64,000 nucleotides of DNA from a virus. Taxonomy: Duplodnaviria; Caudoviricetes. A program made the translations under genes and the position numbers. This document shows, piece by piece, positions 57,743 to 64,000 of this stretch. Numbering within the stretch: position 1 is the first letter of the stretch; every line of letters starts with the position of its first letter. The stretch covers positions 1-64,000 of IMG/VR virus record IMGVR_UViG_3300014205_000172; one strand, written 5' to 3'. The notes beneath the pieces were generated by a model. That model searched no databases. It saw only the letters and a list, made by a program, of their open reading frames with translations, and was not told the origin of the DNA.

Positions 57743-59182
57743 ATGATCGCTATGGACCAACTGATGAAAGACCTCGCTATTGAAAGCGGTGAGGTGGATT
57801 CTGATGTAAATCCAGGCGTTGCTGAGTCGTATGCGCTGGTGGAGTCGTTCTCGGACGAGGACACTCCCACCATCGCTCAACATGTTGACGCGGTTGAACA
57901 GGTAAATACGGTCGCCGATCTGGTTGATGAAATCAGCCTCTCGTGCGACCAGCCTGACCTGAGCATTGAAGCGCGACAGTACTTGTTTGACTCTGCACGT
58001 CGACAGTTCCGAACAATTGCATTGGCGTATGGTCTCCAAGCTTCTGTAGAGTCGCTGGAGGCTAAGACGGATTATGAGCTACCCAACGAGCTGTCTAAAC
58101 TCGCGGGTACGCTTAGACGCAATGCTGAAGCCCAGGCGGATTATTCGTCTGAAGGTATATTGAGTTGGTTGCGTCGTGATGCGGCTAAGCTTGAACGGGC
58201 GTATCAAGTTCTGGAGAGTGCGACTAAGAAGATTAAAAACCGTCTTGGTAAAGCACCATTGCCATCTAACGATGGCGATCATGAGTATCGCGGTAGCGCG
58301 TCTAGTCGAAAGGCTGATGACCTCATTGTGATCACGTCCGGCTCTCTGCGTGAATTCTTGTTTAAGGGTCAGGGTCAGTTATCCGATCTTGAGAAGGCGA
58401 TCAAGGATGAATCCGCCGACCTACACGCATTGCACGCGGCTACCGATAACGCATTGGGTGTGCTTAAAGCCAACGCAAAACGCCTTGCCGAAGATCCTGA
58501 ATCGGCCAACGTCATCGCAGCGTCCAAATGGGCTAAACCAGTAAACGCGGCTAAGACAAACAAAGCCGCACTGATGGGTAACTTCTCGATCCGTTCTAAA
58601 GATCCTGAAGGCAACCCTATCCTCGTTGACAAGATGGTCAGGATGAACGACACGCCGTCATCTTTGTGGAAAGAACTGAAGAAGTCTTTCAGCTCTATGT
58701 CCCCAGAGATGATCACCATATTGGGCGCTGGAGCTTTGGCGATTGGGTCACTGGCTATCAAGCATCCGATCGCTCCTATACTCGCACCACGACTGGCGGG
58801 TACGGCTGCCGTCGCAGGCGGTAAACTGGCAATGGATTCGGTCATTGGGTCTAAAGCGCCCGATACCTTGAAGAAGCCAGTTAGCATCAGCAACGAGGAG
58901 TTCAAGTCCACTCTGGATACGGTCATCCAGAAATATGCACGCTTTACCAGCTATGAGCATGATGGCGATGGGGTCATGGAAGATCTCAAGAAAGCTCTTG
59001 TAGCAGGCAAGGCGGCACGGATGGACCCAGAGGACTACAAGACTCTGGAAATGGTTGTAAAAGCTCACCGTGAGTCTCTGGGGCGCTTAGCGGCTATATC
59101 TGAAGCTATCTTTCAACAAGCTACGTACACCGTGCATCAAATGGCGGCTGTTGCGATAAGCGTTCTTGGCAAGTTGAAATAA
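57743..59182 (+). CDS. Internal head (ejection) protein, paralog of 56345-57730
   Basis: LAIESGEV vs LALESGEV, PTI..V, RRDA.(R/K)L, MGN..I, (Y/F).QA.Y shared; SVES, SLE, SSE motifs. Confidence 0.65.
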   Translation: MIAMDQLMKDLAIESGEVDSDVNPGVAESYALVESFSDEDTPTIAQHVDAVEQVNTVADLVDEISLSCDQPDLSIEARQYLFDSARRQFRTIALAYGLQASVESLEAKTDYELPNELSKLAGTLRRNAEAQADYSSEGILSWLRRDAAKLERAYQVLESATKKIKNRLGKAPLPSNDGDHEYRGSASSRKADDLIVITSGSLREFLFKGQGQLSDLEKAIKDESADLHALHAATDNALGVLKANAKRLAEDPESANVIAASKWAKPVNAAKTNKAALMGNFSIRSKDPEGNPILVDKMVRMNDTPSSLWKELKKSFSSMSPEMITILGAGALAIGSLAIKHPIAPILAPRLAGTAAVAGGKLAMDSVIGSKAPDTLKKPVSISNEEFKSTLDTVIQKYARFTSYEHDGDGVMEDLKKALVAGKAARMDPEDYKTLEMVVKAHRESLGRLAAISEAIFQQATYTVHQMAAVAISVLGKLK

Positions 59183-59186
59183 CGAA

Positions 59187-59220
59187 CATACAGCTCGGCG
59201 CAATGCCGAGCTGTATGCCG
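59187..59220. terminator. Palindrome (TATGCCG family) ending the late operon
   Basis: CATACAGCTCGGC-gcaat-GCCGAGCTGTATG-CCG. Confidence 0.75.
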
Positions 59221-59230
59221 TATAAATTCG

Positions 59231-59266
59231 ATTTAACTTTTTTACAGTAACACATCATTCGAGTGA
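59231..59266 (+). promoter_or_regulatory. Putative early promoter
   Basis: ATTTAACTTTTTTACAGTAACACATCATTCGAGTGA. Confidence 0.65.
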
Positions 59267-59304
59267 TCCGCCCCACATCTAGCATCGTTCTTTGGAGAAC
59301 ACAC

Positions 59305-59583
59305 ATGCGAATTGAATTAGCAGCAAAGTTGGTTGGCTACACAGCTGGTGCTTACATCACCTACCGTCTTTCACGGATGCTCTTTAAAGCATCGATGGAC
59401 GCTTACGTGAAAGAGCAGAAAGCTAAAGCTGTCAAAGCCCCTGGGGTCGAACAGTTTATTGATGATTTGGATGTATATTCGGAGCACATCTCTAAACGTA
59501 TCAGCATCCTGAAAATGCAGCTGACTCGCCGACTGATCACTTTGGATCAATATAACGCTGAGCTGCTCATGCTCGCGGTTTAA
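59305..59583 (+). CDS. Hypothetical protein (92 aa)
   Basis: RBS GGAG at 59294, ATG 59305; hydrophobic N-terminus. Confidence 0.7.
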   Translation: MRIELAAKLVGYTAGAYITYRLSRMLFKASMDAYVKEQKAKAVKAPGVEQFIDDLDVYSEHISKRISILKMQLTRRLITLDQYNAELLMLAV

Positions 59584-59590
59584 TAATTCG

Positions 59591-59626
59591 ATCTAAAAAA
59601 TCTACAGTAATACATGACCTCCATAC
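59591..59626 (+). promoter_or_regulatory. Putative early promoter
   Basis: ATCTAAAAAATCTACAGTAATACATGACCTCCATAC; preceded by the same AATTCG as the 59231 copy. Confidence 0.65.
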
Positions 59627-59659
59627 ACAAACACAACCCATGCTCCAGGAGAGCTTACC

Positions 59660-60160
59660 ATGACTATCAAAACTGCACACGAAACCTTCCTCGAAACCTT
59701 CGCTTTCATCACCGAAGGTAAACGCGATACTGATCACATAGTTCCTTTCGATTCTGCGTGGGATAACGGTACCGGCTATTACGATGGTGCCTGTACTACG
59801 GATCTCGGTCTTTCGATCGGTTCTCGCTTCTGCTCCACTTCGGAGAACAACCGCAAGATCATCGGCGTTGTTACGCCGGTCGGTAACGCGGTGTTCTTTG
59901 AACGGTTTAGCGCCGGTGAGAATGGCGTGGTCGTCACTAACAAACCAAGGGCTCTGGGTTCGCTGTGGTTCGATGGTTCGCAAGATAGCGACACCATCAA
60001 TCGCATCATGGGCAGTGCCCGTGGTTTCAACGACAATATCGGTACGACCCTGCGTTGCATAGTAGCCGAGGCTTCAATGATTACTCGGCGCAAGAACTTC
60101 GCAAATTCGACCGATGATCACGGCGGCAGCGGTCAGATCGTTGAAGTAAAACCCGAGTAA
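59660..60160 (+). CDS. Hypothetical protein
   Basis: 166 aa; RBS AGGAG; WDNGTGYYDGA motif. Confidence 0.8.
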   Translation: MTIKTAHETFLETFAFITEGKRDTDHIVPFDSAWDNGTGYYDGACTTDLGLSIGSRFCSTSENNRKIIGVVTPVGNAVFFERFSAGENGVVVTNKPRALGSLWFDGSQDSDTINRIMGSARGFNDNIGTTLRCIVAEASMITRRKNFANSTDDHGGSGQIVEVKPE

Positions 60161-60163
60161 CCG

Positions 60164-60199
60164 ATTCAAAGAAATTCCAGTAATGCATTGTTGCAATGA
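60164..60199 (+). promoter_or_regulatory. Putative early promoter
   Basis: ATTCAAAGAAATTCCAGTAATGCATTGTTGCAATGA. Confidence 0.55.
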
Positions 60200-60238
60200 A
60201 TAAACTATACCCTACTTAAATCTGTTAGGAGCTACACC

Positions 60239-60496
60239 ATGTCGACTGAAATCACTACTGCTGGCGTTGTTGTTGGCGAAGTTCTGAAGAATGCTTCCGT
60301 TGTCACCAAACTGAAAGACGTTGCCAACGCCCATCCAATCACCGCTGCCGTCACCGGCGTCGTAGTGCTGGGCCTCGCGACCTGGGGTTCGTACAAACTG
60401 CTGACCGGCCTCATCGGCCGTGCACCGGTTGAGAAAGTAATCCTGGTACAAGCGGCCGCTCCAGCGGCACCAGCGGCTCCTGCCACTGGCGCGTAA
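60239..60496 (+). CDS. Small single-TM membrane protein
   Basis: 85 aa; RBS AGGAG; TM ITAAVTGVVVLGLATWGSY; Ala-Pro tail. Confidence 0.8.
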   Translation: MSTEITTAGVVVGEVLKNASVVTKLKDVANAHPITAAVTGVVVLGLATWGSYKLLTGLIGRAPVEKVILVQAAAPAAPAAPATGA

Positions 60497-60505
60497 CACC
60501 ATGAC

Positions 60506-60549
60506 GAGCCAGCCCTCAGGGGCTGGCTCACTACATCTCTCTTTTTTTT
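60506..60549 (+). terminator. Rho-independent terminator
   Basis: GAGCCAGCCC-tcag-GGGCTGGCTC then a pyrimidine tract ending in T8. Confidence 0.75.
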
Positions 60550-60554
60550 GTATG

Positions 60555-60590
60555 ACTCAAACTTTGATCACTCACACATTACGATAGTGC
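60555..60590 (+). promoter_or_regulatory. Putative early promoter
   Basis: ACTCAAACTTTGATCACTCACACATTACGATAGTGC. Confidence 0.6.
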
Positions 60591-60692
60591 TATACACAAA
60601 TCTGTTCTAATCAGGCCAACTGAGTAACAAATTACACGAGCTACACGTTCTGTGTTCACACCCACCACATTAACGCACTAAGGATTCAACTC

Positions 60693-61154
60693 ATGTCGTC
60701 CAAAGAAATCTCTCCACGGATTCGCGAAATTGCTGATGCACTGAAAGTCGGCGCCAGTGTCGATTCCGATACTGGCCTGGCTGTACTGACCGCCGCTCCC
60801 GATGTCTTCGCCCAATACCTCGCCACCGGCATCACCCTGGACACCGTCCTGCAAGTGCATGACGCCGGTATCGAATACGCCGAAGCCACCACCCTGGCCC
60901 ACGGCGAGCTGCAACAAGACGCCATGGTCAAGAACCCTGAGCTGCAGAAAGGCCAGACCACCGTCAAGTTCGGCCACCACCAGATCGAATCGACCTACCG
61001 TCGCAAAGCTTCCGGCGTTGCCATGGGCAAGCCATGGGAAAAGTTCGGCATCGCCACCACCGACGTGCTGATCGCCTCCGGTCGCAAGAAAGGCGGCTAC
61101 AACACCGTAGTTGGCTACCTGGGCGACGAAGCGGCCAAAGTCTTCGCTAACTAA
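60693..61154 (+). CDS. Hypothetical protein, probably highly expressed
   Basis: 153 aa; RBS AAGGA; strong bias to C-ending codons. Confidence 0.85.
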   Translation: MSSKEISPRIREIADALKVGASVDSDTGLAVLTAAPDVFAQYLATGITLDTVLQVHDAGIEYAEATTLAHGELQQDAMVKNPELQKGQTTVKFGHHQIESTYRRKASGVAMGKPWEKFGIATTDVLIASGRKKGGYNTVVGYLGDEAAKVFAN

Positions 61155-61171
61155 GCGCCGGCTTGATCGAT

Positions 61172-61216
61172 ATACAGCCGGGGTCATTCCCGGCTGTATG
61201 CCGTCTCTTTATTTTT
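61172..61216 (+). terminator. Palindromic terminator (TATGCCG family)
   Basis: ATACAGCCGGG-gtcatt-CCCGGCTGTAT-GCCGTCTCTTTATTTTT. Confidence 0.75.
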
Positions 61217-61228
61217 AGAGGGTTTGTA

Positions 61229-61825
61229 ATGGCTATCGTGATTACAGTGGATACCGAGGAAGAGAAGCAACAGGTCCTGGAAGCCTCACGCCACTTCCAT
61301 GATTTCAATATCGACACAGACATTCCCATGGTGATGATTCTGTCTCATCTGCATATGGCTCCACATCTGGTGGTCGTGAACCCAAGCGATGAGCTGAAAG
61401 ATAAGCGCACTGTCGAACTGCTTCAGCATCTCCACGGTGAACATCAGAAGGATGTTAATTGGAGTGAGATCACTAACCCACCGGCTATAAAACCAAGCGT
61501 GCTGATAGTCACCGATGACATTGACAAGGGTAACGCGTTCGCTAAGCAAAAGTTTCCTGATCTCGAAGTTCTGCTTATCAACCCCTTTCTAAAACTAGAC
61601 GGGTATGAGCAAGAAAAGGTTATTCTTTTGGTTATCCCTCAAGAAGATGTTTGGACGTTTAAAGGGACTTACGCTTCAGAAGAAAAGAAAATCGAATGGT
61701 TTAAAGCCTCAATCTTTCATCAAGAGGTTGGGATTCTGAATCGTTATCTTTCGTCTCTATTTATCCCATATTTCAACCACTGCTGCGTACTGGTAGCTGG
61801 TAAAGAAGATTCATTCGCCCTCTAA
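61229..61825 (+). CDS. Hypothetical protein
   Basis: Start MAIVIT after GAGGG. Confidence 0.7.
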   Translation: MAIVITVDTEEEKQQVLEASRHFHDFNIDTDIPMVMILSHLHMAPHLVVVNPSDELKDKRTVELLQHLHGEHQKDVNWSEITNPPAIKPSVLIVTDDIDKGNAFAKQKFPDLEVLLINPFLKLDGYEQEKVILLVIPQEDVWTFKGTYASEEKKIEWFKASIFHQEVGILNRYLSSLFIPYFNHCCVLVAGKEDSFAL

Positions 61826-61839
61826 CAAGGATTACGCCT

Positions 61840-62157
61840 ATGTCCCGCCAATCTCGTTATGATGCATCCTTTCCCGCCCTGGAGAAACGCATCTTAGAAA
61901 CCTTAGGAATCTCTGTGGTATTCCGCCTTGATCCTACAGCTGAAGTGTTCGCAGACCAGCGTGAAATCATTGCTGCGTTGAAGACCAGTCACACCGTGTC
62001 GATTGCACGCAAAAAACTGATCAAGCTTCTGGCCGATGGCGGCTTCGGTCATCGTGGTCAGGCAAACAACTGGATTCTTAATGCGAACCACATCGTGTTT
62101 ATCGGCACTGATGGCCGGCAGCATGGTGGCGGTCAGACTCTTTGGTCCGGCATCTAG
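61840..62157 (+). CDS. Hypothetical protein
   Basis: 105 aa; RBS AAGGA. Confidence 0.7.
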   Translation: MSRQSRYDASFPALEKRILETLGISVVFRLDPTAEVFADQREIIAALKTSHTVSIARKKLIKLLADGGFGHRGQANNWILNANHIVFIGTDGRQHGGGQTLWSGI

Positions 62158-62174
62158 CCGCAGCTGAAACAGAT

Positions 62175-62214
62175 ACCAGAGCTTCGGCTCTGGTGTTACC
62201 TCTTTCTTTTTTTT
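62175..62214 (+). terminator. Rho-independent terminator
   Basis: ACCAGAGC-ttcg-GCTCTGGT then a T-rich tract. Confidence 0.75.
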
Positions 62215-62226
62215 GTCTAATTACAG

Positions 62227-62257
62227 CATATAGCCCGGCATTGCGCCGGGCTATATG
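62227..62257. terminator. Palindrome downstream of the tail tube gene
   Basis: CATATAGCCCGGC-attgc-GCCGGGCTATATG. Confidence 0.75.
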
Positions 62258-62267
62258 TTTGTTCGCG

Positions 62268-63137
62268 TTACGGCGAGATCTGGGTACGCTTGAGCTGGTT
62301 GATCTGTTCGTGGAAACCGGTTTGAATGGAAGCCACGTTCGAATCTACAGCTTTCACGAAGTTCGGCTGGTACTGTGGATCGATGTTGCCGACCCGAGCA
62401 GCGTCCATGAACCCCTTCGCCAGCAGGTCTACCGCGTAACCCACTTTCTGATACCCGGTCCAGGTCAGGTTGTAGGTCACGGTCTCACCATCGCCCTGGA
62501 GGACTTTCTGCGAGGTGTTCTCACCGATGTCGTCACGAGGCCAGAAGTTGGTGATGAGGTAGGCGTTCTGAGGCGTCTTCCACAGGCGATCTGGTTCGTA
62601 GAACAGGATGGTGCCACCGTACATGTCAGCCAGGTGATCAGTAAACGAACTGTTCACCCCAGCCAGCAATGGGTGGATCACGTCCGGATCGCCGATGGTG
62701 TAGCGAACCATGTCTTCCAGGAAACGAATGACAGGCTTGCCGTATTTCTCGACGATGGTCGAACTGACCTGCGAACGTGCACGCGACACGCGACCTGGTG
62801 TACTGAAGACCTCACCCGAGTTACCGATCTGGGTATCCTGCGCCGACACGTTCAGTGTACGGTTCAGACCACCCCAGCCCTGCATCCAGGTTTCGATCAA
62901 CATCTTGTACGCAGCAACGTACGCTGCGCCGTTCGGCATCAGAGCCAAAGCCGTCGGTGCCTGAATCACTTTGGCAATGAGGTTTGGCTTGATGAAATCC
63001 GTCATCGACGGATAGAACGCCATGTCATGCAAGTACCCGTTAGGGCCTTGCACAGCAAGGTTGGTCACAGGAGTCTGTGACCGAGCGCCATACGCTTTGT
63101 TCGTCAAACTGTCTTTATAACGGGTTGTGCTGCTCAT
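62268..63137 (-). CDS. Tail tube protein (phiKZ gp30-like)
   Basis: 289 aa directly after the sheath (ATGA overlap); RARS......EKYGKP...FLE motif. Confidence 0.75.
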   Translation of the reverse strand: MSSTTRYKDSLTNKAYGARSQTPVTNLAVQGPNGYLHDMAFYPSMTDFIKPNLIAKVIQAPTALALMPNGAAYVAAYKMLIETWMQGWGGLNRTLNVSAQDTQIGNSGEVFSTPGRVSRARSQVSSTIVEKYGKPVIRFLEDMVRYTIGDPDVIHPLLAGVNSSFTDHLADMYGGTILFYEPDRLWKTPQNAYLITNFWPRDDIGENTSQKVLQGDGETVTYNLTWTGYQKVGYAVDLLAKGFMDAARVGNIDPQYQPNFVKAVDSNVASIQTGFHEQINQLKRTQISP

Positions 63138-64000
63138 GCTTCACCCTCCGAAGCGTTACGGCGGCGCTGGGCGATAATCTGAAGACGTTCGACAGTCTTC
63201 ATGTTCTGACCCGCCATGCCGATGTCCAAATGCCACGAGAACCCACCGGCATCTTCCGCGTTGTAATACGCGTTTGGTGTGACGTCAACGCGACCGTCAT
63301 ACTTGCCAGTTGTTTTCTGAGTGACTTTGGCGTTCACGTCATCCAGGAACACATCGTCCGGAGTTTCATCATCGCCGGCCTGCTCGCGCCACACAATGTT
63401 ACCAATGCGGGTCAAGTTGCAAGCGATCACTACGTTCAGGTACGAGTGCAGGATCGAGGTGTGGTTTTCGTGGATCGACTGCACACCAGGCCAGAACAGA
63501 CGGCTCATGTCGTAGCCGATAGCCAGGTTCAGACCGTTGTTCCAGTCTGGGTTACGGGCTTCGTCGGTACGGAATCGCACGTTGTGATCACGATAACGGG
63601 TGATGGTCGTTTTCTCGCCCTTGCCGAAGCTGTAGGCCGATTTCATCTCGCCATCTTCTGCACCCAGGTATTTGGCACCCAGGATCAACAGATATTCCAT
63701 GAACGGAACCAGGCCGTCATAGTCATCGTTAATCAGGTATCCGGCATTACCGGTGAAGCACACGCGGGTGGTCGGAGTGCCGGAATCGGTACTTTCTACC
63801 AGGCTGCGGAACGTCGAGCGAAGCGTGATGCCGATCGAGGCATCTTCTTCAGGCGTGTTCAGACGCTTCAGCACGTCTTGGGTGCAGATGTGAGGCATGA
63901 CATCAGGACGCAGGTTGTGGAACGCTGCGAACTTCAGCTTGGTTGCCACCGGGAAACCCGAGTCGAACACGGAGTCGTACGGCATCAGCGCGATCGACGC
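63134..64000 (-). CDS. Tail sheath protein, C-terminal part (phiKZ gp29-like; runs off the window)
   Basis: Frame open to the window edge; DSGF...TK, ES...GTP..R, FWP.VQS.....TSIL, GFSW motifs. Confidence 0.75.
   Translation of the reverse strand, partial: ASIALMPYDSVFDSGFPVATKLKFAAFHNLRPDVMPHICTQDVLKRLNTPEEDASIGITLRSTFRSLVESTDSGTPTTRVCFTGNAGYLINDDYDGLVPFMEYLLILGAKYLGAEDGEMKSAYSFGKGEKTTITRYRDHNVRFRTDEARNPDWNNGLNLAIGYDMSRLFWPGVQSIHENHTSILHSYLNVVIACNLTRIGNIVWREQAGDDETPDDVFLDDVNAKVTQKTTGKYDGRVDVTPNAYYNAEDAGGFSWHLDIGMAGQNMKTVERLQIIAQRRRNASEGEA

Noticed and set aside
2336-62257. Palindromic repeats as a CRISPR array or IS/MITE ends
   Set aside because: Dispersed singly, with no regular spacers, no cas or transposase gene and no target-site duplications seen
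62142-63080. 312-aa plus-strand ORF
   Set aside because: Antisense shadow of the tail tube gene; it runs through two terminators
1-64000. Alternative genetic code / stop-codon reassignment
   Set aside because: Conserved genes are full length under the standard code, and TAA, TAG and TGA all end genes

Overview
This window is a roughly 50% GC segment of a phiKZ-related jumbo myophage (Chimalliviridae-like, a nucleus-forming group); the assignment rests on motif recognition and gene order, with no database search. It holds most of the virion morphogenesis region: portal, baseplate/tail-tip paralogs, tail fibre genes with a T-even gp38-like glycine-rich adhesin, PAAR plus central spike, a 2228-aa tape-measure/lytic transglycosylase, prohead protease and its likely substrates, tail tube and the 3' part of the tail sheath. 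Three split virion RNA polymerase subunits are present, one carrying the GADFDGD catalytic motif. Recombination and replication genes are SbcC, UvsX, RNase H and RuvC-like. Lysis genes are a modular endolysin and a probable i/o-spanin pair. There is also a CYTH-domain enzyme and a cluster of small accessory genes near 59-62 kb. Non-coding signals read directly from the sequence: about 12 intergenic palindromes with shared CATA/TATG arms, five ungapped copies of a probable early promoter, and 2-3 probable middle promoters. The most interesting non-coding feature is a ~135-nt multi-hairpin RNA whose closing helix is mutually exclusive with an intrinsic terminator just upstream of the CYTH gene, a riboswitch/attenuator-like layout. 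No tRNA, rRNA, CRISPR array, integrase or intron was recognised. Chimallin, PhuZ and major capsid genes are not in this window. phiKZ gp numbers are recalled correspondences and need an HMM/BLAST check.
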